DNA from: Camelus ferus
Taxonomy: Eukaryota
DNA length: 64,000 bases
Assembly: GCF_009834535.1 (NCBI RefSeq)
Contig: NC_045697.1
Coordinates: forward strand, 15,192,001-15,256,000
Reading direction: 5' to 3'
Below, in pieces: positions 26,528 to 39,393 of the stretch (within the stretch, counting starts at the first letter, position 1; each line of letters starts with the position of its first letter). The notes beneath the pieces were generated by a model, which searched no databases, was not told where the DNA came from, and saw only the letters and a list, made by a program, of their open reading frames with translations. Both the position numbers and the translations under genes were made by a program.

Positions 26528-28258
26528 TCCCTTCTTACAAAAAGAAGAACAAATAGAAGATGAAGTTTCTGAAGTCAATTTTGGTGGTGCTGAAATTTTA
26601 CCACACTCTTGGATTATTTCAAATGTTCCATTTCAGGACCTGACATAAGTGGCAAACGTATTTGTATAGGACCAATAGATTCCAGACATGTTGCCCTACC
26701 TAAACAAGTACTACTGAGAGATGTTACACATGCAGGAAGGAAAAAAAAAAATACTTTCGAAAAATAAACATAAAAAAACTTGCAACTAGAAAATCACCTG
26801 TGACATTTAGTTTGACTTTTACAAAGGAACTTTGCTTTCATTACTGAAAATCTAAATTTACCATGGTAACAGCTTCCTCACACATCACTTCCATTCTCAG
26901 CAAAGGTATTTGTAAAGGATGAAGCAAACTATACTAGAACATGAAATTTCTCATTATGATGTTTGTGTAAGGTATCTTGACAATCCTATCATCAGGCTGT
27001 TTTTATATAAAATTTCTTTATTACACTTATGATAATTAGAATGGTTCCGACATGACTGAAGATAATAACAAAGTATGTAAATATGCTTTGAAAACTAAGA
27101 CTATAAAATGCTACATACTATTATAAGAACAATAATATTATGTTGAGGAGAATTTCATTACGTAGACTCATGCACTGATATATTTGACATAAGAGCACCT
27201 ACTCTGTGCCATGTACATGTTTAAGTATTGGGGATGTTAAAGTTAATATGACAGAAAATGTCCAGCTCTAATGGAAACTATATTTTAACAAGGAGAACAA
27301 GATAATTACTAGCATTTATAGGTTCTGTAAAGAAAACAAAACCAAAAAACATGAAAGATCATGGCAGAAAACTTTAAATGGAGAATCAGGAGCCTCTTAG
27401 GGAGGTAACATTTAAGATAGGGCCTGAACAAAAAAAGGAGCCAGTCATACACATTTTAAAGAGGATAGAAAGTTCAAAAGACCTAAAGTTGCAATGGCAT
27501 TGGCCTTTTCAGATTCCAAAAGAAGGCCAGCATGACTGATACCTAGTGAGCCAAAAGGAAAGTGCTAAGAGAGAAAATTAGAAAAGTTGTGTGGATGGAG
27601 CACATAATCTTATAAGCTATTGGAATTCATTTAGGTCTTATCCTAAATGTCTGTACACATCTGAAGTCTACAATGTCAGTTTTGACAGAGCTGTATGGAG
27701 ACTTTGTCTGCCAACAGAACAATGTGATTCTGAAAACCCACCAGAAGCATACAAGTTGTATGGATTCTTAACTGAAGCAATGCAGTGATTTCATACTGAC
27801 TACTACTAAATGAGTAAGAATCCAGAAATATTTGGAAAGGCAGAATAATTCTATAAAAGGTTCACCATCCTAGTTAAAGTCCTTTTAGACTCTTTTCTAG
27901 ACTCTTCCCACCCAGATACCTTGGTCTTAACATATTCGTGTATTAACAGAACAGCAACAACAACAACAACAACAACATGTAGAGAACTAGTCAACAAAGT
28001 GTCTTTTTAAAGAACTTATTCAAACCAGTCTAGGAAAAAAGTTATAGGACTTAACTGAAATTAAGAGAGTGGTCACTGAAATAAGACTGTTTTAGTAAAC
28101 CAATGTTCAGGCATATTAAAGATGGCACCACATGTCGAAAAAAATAAGGATAAAAAAATTGCAAATAATGTAAAGTCTAATGACTTGACTAAAATTCAAC
28201 TAATTGTAAATTGAAGAAAACTCTGCTGTAAATAACAAAAGACGTATTTATTTCTTTT

Positions 28259-28262
<4 letters not shown>

Positions 28263-28307
<45 letters not shown>
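28263..28307. repeat. (TA)n microsatellite
   Basis: Seen directly in the sequence. Confidence 0.95.
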
Positions 28308-28309
<2 letters not shown>

Positions 28310-28720
28310 TGTGCATATGATGAGAACTGAGTGAATAACAGGTAGAAATGGTTATGTTTGAGATTTAAAGTAAATACTGAAGATTTAGAAATGACGGCAG
28401 AAGGAGCCTTAAAACAATTTTTTGAGTCTGTTTTCACAAGAGAAAAAGAAATGTTTACAATATACAGAACTAAATAATATAGGAAATAAATTACCATGGA
28501 AATGAATTCAAATAACATCATAGTGTAGTTAATATTTCTTTACATGCACTATTTTTGGTAGTATAATAGATTCCCTCATAAAAGTAAACTTAAGACTTTA
28601 TCTTACAATAATAATCCAATTGGTCAATAACACAAATGTATATAAGTAATAAAACTGTTAAAACACAAAGTAAATTTCACTTGTGTTTAGATATTTCACA
28701 CTAAATAAGTTAAAAACTAC

Positions 28721-28813
28721 AGTTATCCTGTAAAGAGAAATGGCTACAATTTGCACATCTCAAATTCCTTCCAGGTAAAATTAATAAAACTGTGTTCAAG
28801 TCCCATAGCCAAA
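28721..28813 (-). pseudogene. TRPM-like exon: MHR4 copy C (W..ALVA.KLYR helix); acceptor mutated
   Basis: Long pyrimidine tract ending ttacTG (AG>TG); phase 2 matches the 44423 donor; LAMGLEHSFINFTWKEF(frameshift)..QIVAISLYRI (cf. MARFLWQHG..ALVACKIYRSM). Confidence 0.6.
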
Positions 28814-31619
28814 CAGTAAGAAAAAAAGTAAGAAGGGAGGAACATAAGAGACTTAGGAATAAACCAAAGGAAATGGAATAAATAAGCACTTCTTGGGAGA
28901 TTTTACTCTCTAACACTACAGAAGAAATACTTTAATAAAATACTGAAAACATTTTAATGTACTAATAAACTGAAACAAGGAAAGAATTTCAGAGAAGCCA
29001 AAAACATGGTTAAAGCAGAAAGTAGTGGATGATCAAGCACCAAAGGTTGCTTTCATCCTGAGGGTTTCTGCCAAATTCTGGAAAACTTAAGATTCATTTT
29101 TAAAGGATACTCAGAGCACAGAGGACAGGAAATCTATGCATAAACACAGAACCATAAAATTGAAGAAGAAATCATCTTCCCCCACAAAAAAAGGGAAAAA
29201 CAGGCAAACCTGCCTGTTGTGAATTTGGCACTGTGTTGAGAACAAATAAATAAATAAACTCTCCTGAGACTCTCTAACACAAGCTGGACCTCATACGGAT
29301 TCACAGTCTAAATTCACACTCCTGTGTCACCAAAAAAGCAGCAAGCCAAGGATTTAATTTAAAGTGTTAACAGGTGTGGTAGACTCCCTGATGTCTGAAA
29401 TAACAAACAAGAACTTTCTCTAGGGGAAAACATCTTCAACCTCTGGCCTCAGAGAATTCCCATATAAAAAATTTTAAGTAAAAAAAGCAGTTCCAAGTTA
29501 AAAACAAGGAAAAAGGCACCATTAATGAGAGTTTGGGGGAAAAAACACAGTAGAGTAACACTCACAAGTACTTCACTTATAGTAACTATCTCTACAGAAT
29601 GCTAACTATGTGTATTAATACCATCAAAACTTAAAATTTAAAACAGGACTTTGTAGTAAGAAACTCAATTTTAAAAATAACTGAGTACATTTAAAAAAAT
29701 CTAAAGGAATTTCTATAAATAATTATTGAAATTACTACTTGATGAAATGACTAACAGATCAGACACACAATATTAGAATTTGTAAACTGGGAAGTAGTTT
29801 CAAAGAATTCACCCTAATTGAAGCACAGAAAAACAAAGATATGGGAAATAAGAAAAACATGTAAGATACACCAAGGTATTGTAAGAAGATCTAACACACA
29901 CATAATTAAATTTCCAGAAGATAATAGAGATAAAGAAGCAACAATATTTGAAAAGATACCAAAACTGTTGAAAGACATGGATCCTGAACTCTAGTAAAAA
30001 ATATAAACTGAAAATTGAAATTTATTCCAAGGTACATATAGTGAACCTACAGAATATCAAAGAGAATGACAAGATCTTAAAGCAGGAAGAAAGAAAGAAA
30101 GGATAGATCATTTAGAGGTGGATAGCAATTAGAATAATGATTGACTTCTAAGTAAAATGAAGGCAGTGTGAAATAATATCTTCCAAATGCTGATAAGGAA
30201 AAAAAAATCAAAGTAAAATTATATACTCCAAACACAAAAGTGAATCAATGAAATTTCAGACAAAATTCAAAATAGAGTTTACCACAAACTAACTAAAATA
30301 ATCATAGATATAATTAAGAATGAAGGCAGATGATACCAGATGGGAGCTTTGAAATGTAATAAGAACTGACGAGAAATATGTTGGCTAATATTTTCATAAC
30401 TCTGCAAAAATACATATGGGGAAAAGTAAGATGAAATGACAATAGAGGAAAAAACAGCACTGACATTGCAAGGGGATGATGGTCATTAGATGTCCTTAGA
30501 TCCTTGTGTAGCCCAAAAAAGATGGGTACACACTTATTAATCTTAGATTTTATTAATTAGGAATGGCAAAGTGTAAAAGTAACTACTAGAAGAATGGAAA
30601 ATCAGTGTGAAACTTCCAAACAGCTAAAGGAAACAAAATGAAAAGAAAAATCTAAAAGAAAGCAATAAAAGAACTTTTAAAAACAACCAATTATATAGAA
30701 ACAAATCCAAATATTTCAGCAACCAAATAGATATGGATTAAAGAATCCCAGCTATGTGCTGCTTATAAAAGATACACCTAAAACATAATACCAAATGGTT
30801 GAAAGTAGAGATTTTGAAAAGCAAAACATAAACCACAAGAAAACTGGTATGCCTATATTACTAGTAAACAAAAAAGACTCAAAAGATAGCACTTTTAGAG
30901 ATAAAGAGAAGGACGATGTAAGGATAAATTTTTCCTATTTACCTGGAAAACAATTCTAACATATGTATATACCCTAATAACACCAACCCCATACCATATA
31001 AAGCAAAATATAAGTGGAATTACATGATAACATTAAAAAAGTCCATAGAGCCTCAGAAATTTAAACATCAGACAGACAGAAGTTTGTAAAGCTATAGAAG
31101 ATTTAAATAACACAGTGAACAAGCCTGCTTAAATACACATACACATCTATTATAAAAGAATATTTTTCACATAGAGTAGTTACACACACACAGACATATT
31201 CTCAATGTGTCTGAAGGATTGGTGTCATAGTACATACCACATTCACTAATCACAAAATAATTGGATTAGAAATCAATAACAAAATAACAAAAAAAAAACT
31301 AGAAAAATTATATATATTTGGAAATTTTTAAACACTACTAAATCACTTGGCCAAAGAACTCATTGGGAATTGGATTATATTTAAAACCCAACACTAGATA
31401 CCAAAACTTGGGATTCAACTAACTGGTATATACATAAAGACTGCAAAAATTTCAAATTAATGAGTCAAGCATCAATTTTAAAAGTCAGGACAAGAACAAC
31501 AGATTAAGCTCAAAGAAAATAGAAAGCAGGAAAGAGAAGTAGAAATAAAATTGAGAAGATCAAAAGAGCAACAACAACAACAACATCCTAGCTAACTAGG
31601 ACTAGAAGGGACTTTTTTG

Positions 31620-32075
31620 TTTTATATGTATCTTTTTCTTCCAGCTTTATTGAGGAAAACTGATAAAATTGTATATATTAAAATATATAACATGATGATA
31701 TAATATGTATACACACTGTGAAATGATTACCAAGAACAAGTTAATTAACATATCCATCACCTCACACAGTTAACTCTTTTCTCATGTGTAGTGAGAACTC
31801 TTAAGATCCACTCTCAGCAAATTTCAAGTATAGAATATAATATTATTAACTATAGTCACCATGCTGTATATTAGATCCTCAGAACATATTCATCTTATAA
31901 CAGAGTTTGTACCCTTTGACAAGCATCTCCCTATTTCCCCACACCCTTGGCATCACCATTCTATTCTGTTTCTATTAGATCTGCTTTTTTCAAAAAGATT
32001 CTCCACATAAATGATACCATGCAGTATTTGTTTTTCTCTATCTAGCATATTTCACTTGGCATAATGTCTTCATTA
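31620..32075 (-). mobile_element. LINE-1 3' end fragment (L1MA-like), antisense insertion
   Basis: ccagctttattgagg...ttattaactatagtcaccatgctgta...atttcacttggcataatgtc. Confidence 0.8.
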
Positions 32076-32959
32076 AGAAACATACTTAGCACGTGATTTG
32101 TGTACACAGAATGCACGCACATACAAATACACAGATAAATAATAAGAATTAATATGAGATTTGTTTAACAATTGGATACAAAATCAATTAAAAATTTAAT
32201 TACATTTATATAAACTGGTCAAAGCCAGAAAAGTTCTATATTGAGGAAAGATACTTTTTAGGTTAGCAAGAAAGGCAATAAGATGCCTAGAAGCAAATCT
32301 AACAAAAGATATAAAAGCCTTAATAGAGAAAATAAAACTGTTGAAAGGTAATGAAGCCCTCGATAAATGAAGAATCTATGCTCAAATATAGGAAAATCAA
32401 TAAATCTCAGTAGTGTCTCCCAAGGAACCTAATAAACTTCTTCTAAAACTGATATGGAAAAGAAAAGGGACAAGACTAGCCGAGACTCTTGAAAAGAATG
32501 ACGTAGAAGATTTTCTAAGCCATAAATAAATATTTTTTAAAAAGTAAAGAAATGGTAACTGATGCATTGTGGCACTGGCTCATGGATGTAGAGAATATAG
32601 CATGGCGAGCTCAAAGACACAGTCAGCACTATACAGAGACAGGGTGGGATTTGTGGGTTGGAGGAGGAAGGATGGTCTTGGGGCAATTAATTACCCTCTC
32701 AACCCAAAACAAATTCCAGATGAATCAAATTCATAAATATGAAAGGCAAATTGTTTTTAATTTTTAGGAATAAAATACAAAAAGCTTCACTATGAACCTA
32801 GAGTAAGATTTTTTAAATAAGAAACAAAGTGTGAACCATAAAAGACAGTGATAAATTCTACTATATAAAAGTTTAAAAAGAGTGAAAAGATAAATCAGAG
32901 ATGACAAAAAGCTAGTTAAGCTGATGTTTGACTATTTTGAAAAACTCGATAAGCAATAA

Positions 32960-35855
32960 TTGAAAAACAACCCACAAGAGGAAATAAATAATTTTTATAG
33001 GCCTGTATCCATTAAAGAAATTGAATCAATAATTAACAATTTTCAAAAAAAAAAAAAAAAAAACCCAGAAAGCATCAGGTTCAGATGAGTTCACTGGTGA
33101 ATTCTACTAAACATTTAAGGAAGACATCATACCAATTTTCTACGATCTCCTCGGAGAATACAAGCAGACTCATTCTATGAGGCCAGTATTACCCTAATAC
33201 TAAAACCAGACAAAGACACTATGAGAAAAGAAAACTAGTATTTCTCATGAACATAGATGCGACAATTCTCAACAATATGTCAGCAAATTAAATCTAAAAA
33301 AGTATAAAAAGAATTATAGCACATGAGATTTAACCCAGATATGCAAGGCTGGTTCATTCAAAATTTGAAAATCAGTTAATGTAATTTATCACATCAATAT
33401 ACTAAAAAAGAAAACTCACATGAGCATATCAATAGATAGAGAAGAAGCATTTGACAAAATCCAACACTCATTCATGATAAAATATATCATAAACTAGGAA
33501 GACAGAAACTTTCTCAACTTGTTAAAGACAACCTACAAAAAATCCCCACATCTAGCATCATACTTCATGGTGAGAAAATTCAAGCTTTCCCATGAAGGTC
33601 AGATACAAAGGCAAGGATGTTTCCTTTCACCACTCCTTTTCAGTATCTTACTGGCAGTTCTTGCTAATGCAACAAGGCAAGAAAAGCAAATACAAGGTAT
33701 ACAGATTGGGAAAGCAGGCACAAAACTGTCTTTGCAGATAATATGATCATCTATGTAAAAATTCCTAAAGAATCAACAAAAAAAATTCTTGGAATTAATA
33801 AGCAATTATAGCAAGGTTACAGGATACAAGATCACTATGTGCAAGTCAACTGCTTTCCTATATACCAACAATGAATGAGTGGAGTTTGAAATTAAAAACA
33901 GCATCATTTACATTAGCACCCAAAAAAATAAGTCCTTAAGTATAAATCTAATGAAATATGCACAATATCTATATGAGGAAAACTACAAAACTCTGATGAA
34001 TGAAATCAAAGAACTAAACAAATGGAGAGATATGCCATGATCATGGATAGGAAGCCTCAATATTGTCAAGATATCTGTTCTTCCCAACTTGCTCTATAGA
34101 TTCAATGCAATTCCAATAAAAATTCCAGCGAATTACTTTATGGATATCAACAAATGGATTCTAAAGTTTATACAGAAAGGAAAAAGACCCAGAATTGAAT
34201 AACAAAACTTGAAGTACTGATGCTATCTAACTTTTAGACTTACTTACCACTCTTCAGAACAGTGTGGTATTGGAAAAAGAACAGACAAATAGATCAATGG
34301 AACAGAATAGAGAACCCAGAAATAGACCCCCATATTATAGTCCACTTACCTTTGACAACGGAGCAAAGATAGTACAATGGAGCAAAGAGAAAGATAGTAC
34401 AATGGAGCAAAGGGAGTCTCTTCAACAAATGGTGCTAGAAAAAGCAGACATCCACATAGAAAAAAAATCTAAACACAGACATTGTACATTTCACAAAAAT
34501 GTATTCAAAATGGATCATTAAACTCAAAATGGATCACAGATCTAAAATGCAAAATTATTAAACTCCTGGAAAATAACATAGGAGAAAACCTAGATGACCT
34601 GGGATATGTATAATGATACCCTTTTAAAACACACCACCAAAGACATGATCCATAAATGAAATAAGTAATACGTTGAACTTCATTAAAATGAAAAAGCTTC
34701 CACTCTGCAAGTGACTATGTCAAGAGAAGCAGAAGACAAGCCACAAACTATGAGAAAATATTTGCAAATGATACATCTGATAATGGACAGTTATCCAAAA
34801 TATACACAGAACTCTTACTACTCAACAGTAAGAAAATCAACAATCTGATGAAAATATGGGCGAAAGACCTTAACATTCATCTCATCAAAAGAGTATACAA
34901 GTGGGAAATAAGCATATGAAGAGATGACATCATATGTCATCAGGAAAATGCAAATTAAAACAACAATAAGATACTATTATATACCTATTAGAATGGCCAA
35001 AATTTGGAACACTGACATCACCAAGTCCTGGTGAGGATGTGGAGCAATGGGAACTCTCATACATTGTTAATGGGATGGTAAAATGGTACAGCCACTCTCA
35101 AAGACAGTTTCTTACTCACTAAACACACTCTTACCATACAATCCAGCAATCACTCCTTGGTACTTATTCAAAGGAGTTGAAAACTTACACGTACAGTCAA
35201 ATCTACAGGGATGTTCATAGCAGTTTTATTCATAACTGCCAAAACTTGGAAGCAGCCAAGATGTATTTCAGTAGGTGAAAAGATAAATAAACTTTGGTAC
35301 ATCCAGACAATGAAGTATTATTCAGTACTAAAAAGAAATGAGTTATCAATCCATGAAACGACAGAGAGAAAAGCTGAGTGCACACTTCTAAGTGAAAGAA
35401 GCCAATCCAAGAGGGCTACATACTGTAGGAGTCCCACTATGACATTTGGGGAAAGGCAAAGCTATAGAGACAGTAAAAACCAATCAGTGGTTGCTAGGGG
35501 TGAGAGATGAATAGGGAGAGTGCAGAGGGCTTTTAGGGCAGTGAAAATGCTCCATATGATACATACTGAGGGATATGTGTCATTATACGTTTGTCCAGAC
35601 CCGTAGAATGTACAGCACCAGGTATGAGCTCTAGGGTATAACCTATAGAACTGGGGTAATTAGGTGTCAATGTAGAGTCACCTGTGGTTAAAAAAAAAAA
35701 AAAAGTAATGTACTAATCTGTTGAGTGATGTTGACAAAAGGGGAGGCTCTGTATGTGTGGGTACAGGTGGAATATGGGAACTGTTTGTACCTCCCTCTCA
35801 ATTTTGCTGTAAACCTAAAACCGCTCCAAAACTTGTCTTATAAAAACCCAATAAA
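32960..35855 (+). mobile_element. LINE-1 ORF2 plus 3' UTR (L1MC-like)
   Basis: ORF2 remnants ([44 protein letters not shown]) and an L1MC-type 3' UTR (gtcattatacgtttgtcc...caattttgctgtaaacctaaaac). Confidence 0.9.
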
Positions 35856-36219
35856 AGGTTTTAAATGGCCTGTCAAAGATAAAAAGACAGCCAATCTCAT
35901 TAGTAATTTGGTAAATGCGATTTAAATATGAAACATTACCATATAATTACTAATGATCTTAAAATTTTTTAAGTGTCCAACTGTAAGCATAAATGACCGT
36001 GTGAATCAATTCAAGCTTTCAGCAGTTATCGAGGGGTGGAGGAGAATAAAATGGTGCAACAACTTGGGAAAACATTTTAGCATTACAAATTATGTTTTCA
36101 ACTTTCATACTCTATATCCCGGTAACCCTTCTCTAAAGAAATGTCTGCACACATGGAGACGTGCATGAAAATGTTCTTTGCTGTTTGTAATGAAAAACAC
36201 TAGAAGCAAACCAAATTTT

Positions 36220-36250
<31 letters not shown>
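36220..36250. repeat. (ATCA)n microsatellite
   Basis: Seen directly in the sequence. Confidence 0.9.
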
Positions 36251-36254
<4 letters not shown>

Positions 36255-39098
36255 GGAATGAGGTATATTTATTCCATTCAATACTGAAATTGAATGAACC
36301 ACAGGTAACAGCTTCAGTATGGAATGACCTCAAAGACATAGTATTTAGCAAATTAAACAGTCACCAAAAAATACATATAGTAAAACTCAATTTTATATAG
36401 TTCAACTACAGGCAAAACTAAAAATATGTTACTTAGGGATACAGGTATAGGTGGTGAATCTATAAGGAAAAGCAAGGAAAAATTGAGGGTGGTGGTTAAT
36501 TTCTGGGGTTACTGGTGGTAAACTCAACCAGGAGCCCCACAAAGGTCTCCTAAATTACCTGCTACGTTTTCCTTTTGAGCTGTAAAGTGGATACATGGGT
36601 TTTCATCTTGGTAATCTTTAGGTTATACATCATTTAGTATTGGTGTTTCATACCAAAACAAAAAAATCTAAATTACAGAGAGAATTGCATCCAAAGGACT
36701 CAGCTGCACTTCTTGATGACATGTCCTTTCTTCTGTAGACACCCTGGAAAAACCCAATTACTGGACATCAACAGCTTCTGCCTGAAAGTAAAGAGGAGGA
36801 GGGAGATAACTGCCTCACCTTACCCGTGACTGAGGAGCTACAGCCTGCTGCGAAAACCCAGGTGTTCAACGGTGACAAGACGTGTCCTATTTTTCCAAGT
36901 TTTAACCCAAGAGAAGGATGTTGACACTTAGCACATTTTATTCTACTTCAGCGCGCATTTCCAGGAAAAACAAACAAACAGTGGAACATATTTTGAAATA
37001 AATCACAAAACTTGGCTATTGGTAAACTTGCAGTTAACTGGATCTCTAATATCACAATGTTTTTACATGACACCTTATCTCACGCTGTAAAAGGAACGGT
37101 TCCCTAAAGAAAAGGGAAATGTTATGGGAAAGAGAAATAAAAAGTCCCTTGTCAAAAAGCAAAGAAACTTCTTCCCAGAAAACCCTAACACATATTTTCT
37201 GGATTCAGTTAGTTCCAGAGCCCTGAAAATAGCTCTGTGGTCAGAGCCTCGGATGTACGAATGGCCTTAATCCAGGAGCTGGAGGGAGGTATCTTTTCCC
37301 AAGCACAGAGGTTTTGTGGAAGGTTTAGAAGCTCAAACACAAGCTGGGATAAATACCAAGAAACAAAGGCAAAGATAACAAACAGACCCCCCAAAATTGA
37401 CAACCATCCACTTTGAGGGTTTCCACAGATTTTCCCTTTCTCCTCTATAGCTCAGAAGCATAACTAAGTAATTCAGTTATGATGCAGCCATAGAAATTAT
37501 TCAAAATAAGCTTGCCCCCAAGTGTAAATTCATTTAATTGAGATGGCACAAAGACAGAAAGAAAATTTTATACACTGGATTTCTGTACCCTGAAAGTTGA
37601 TCATCTGCTGCCGCTCCTGAACAGGCTTTTCTTAGAAACACCATCAATTATTCTACCAAAAGAATGTCTTAAATTCTTTTGGGCAGCACTGGGCCAATTA
37701 TCTCCAGGCACATTTTTCTCCCTATGCCTGTCATTTTGTGGAATTACATTAAATTTTGTTAAAAGCATTCCATAAATAATGAATTAGGACAAAAATAATT
37801 CATTACTCACTTAAGTGCCATAAAATATTGAATACAAAATTTAAGGATGAAAAAGTAATTTCTAATTCACATACTTTACACCAGATAATAAGGCCTGCAT
37901 CTTCTGCTATGCTGTGGAAAAGAAGACATTCCACTTGATTATGTCCTTTCAGGCTCCAGAGGGCAGAAAAGGTGGGGGTGGGGGGCAAATTCTTTTTATC
38001 CTCACCCCCACCCCTGACCAGCAACAGTAACTAAGAGGAATCCATGAAAGTGACGTGAGGAAAAGTCAGGAGACCAGGGTGCCGGGTCTTTTTATGCCAA
38101 CCTCATTATTTCTGTTATCTTGAAGAAGTGTTCACACTCTCATACTGTAAAAGTGGAGCTACTGCAGTGGGCGATCCCTAAGGCCCCTTCCTGGACTAGT
38201 ACCACACGGGTACGTGACATGACCCTTCCCCTGGGAGGGCAGGGTCTCATGCAGAACCTTCTCATCTCAGCTAAGTAAGAGTGGAATTCCTTCCTTAGTG
38301 AATTTCGTCCATGTATTCTGGTTACCTGCTAGTTTATCCTCATTTTATATCTCCTGATACATAATATTATGATCATACAACCCTTTTCTGAATTCATATT
38401 GGACTATACTTCAAATGTTGATATCATTTGCAACACTGTTCAGCCAGCAGTCTCAACTTCTATGCTGAACTGCCCACCATTCCCCATTGGCCAGTTTAAA
38501 AAGGTATCAACATTTATACCCATAGAGAGGTAATTTAAATACAGTTTGGGGTTTGGTATCCACAGGTTAAAAAAAATACCTCTGTACTTCCTCAATGGAC
38601 TACAAAATGATTTCCCACATTACACTGGATCAAAGTATGAACAAAATTACAGTTGAATATCTCACATTCCTATTATCCACGATAGTTGCACAATATTTAC
38701 TGCTGTACATGATTTTATATGAATTCCTTTCCATCAAATAGTTAAGTTACTTAAAATATAGTAGGCAAGAGAAAAAGTTATTTTTAAGGACTCAACAGAG
38801 TTCCTTGAATTAAGTCAAAATTATCCTTCAGAAGGCAATATGACAAACAGTTTAAAGGAAGATAAAAGGCTCTGTTTCTTTGAAAGTTATAGTCCCTCAA
38901 CACTGTTTTATTAAATTTAAGTTATTCAGTATATATAACTAGGTAGATATCCTAGCACTTACATTCACATGGAAAATGTAATTGAATGAATAATAAATCA
39001 AAATTAAATCCTAATAAGTAACATCATATTCTGTTGGAATTTGCAGGCTATTTTTTAAACTAGACAATAATTTATCTGTATTAAAGGTCATGTGATGC

Positions 39099-39393
39099 CA
39101 AACACAGTGAACAGTCTTATGGTTACAGGGTAGGGAGGAAGGGGTAGAAAGGGATAAACTGGGAATTCGAAATTTGCAGATACTAACTACTGTATATAAA
39201 ATAGAAAAATGGCAAGTTTCTACTGTATAGTACAGGGAACTATATTCAGTATCTTGTAATAACCTATGACGAAAAAGAATATGAAAACGAATATAGGTGT
39301 GTATATGTATGACTGAAACATTATGCTGTACACCAGAAATTGACACATTATAAACTGACTATACTTCAATAAAAAAATTTAAAAATTTAAAAA
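39099..39393 (+). mobile_element. 5'-truncated artiodactyl-type LINE-1 3' end with TSD
   Basis: tactgtatagtacagggaactatattcagtatcttgtaataacc...poly-A; TSD taaagKtcatgtgatgc at 39082-39098 and 39394-39410. Confidence 0.85.

Larger units (their letters stand above)
28900..36650 (+). mobile_element. Composite old LINE-1 block (L1ME-like host with nested younger L1 pieces)
   Basis: A-rich, degenerate ORF1/ORF2-like sequence; resumes after 35.9 kb with an L1ME-like 3' end. Confidence 0.7.

Noticed and set aside
33519..35510. L1 ORF2-derived ORFs
   Set aside because: Fragmented by stops and frameshifts; an inactive repeat, not a domesticated gene.
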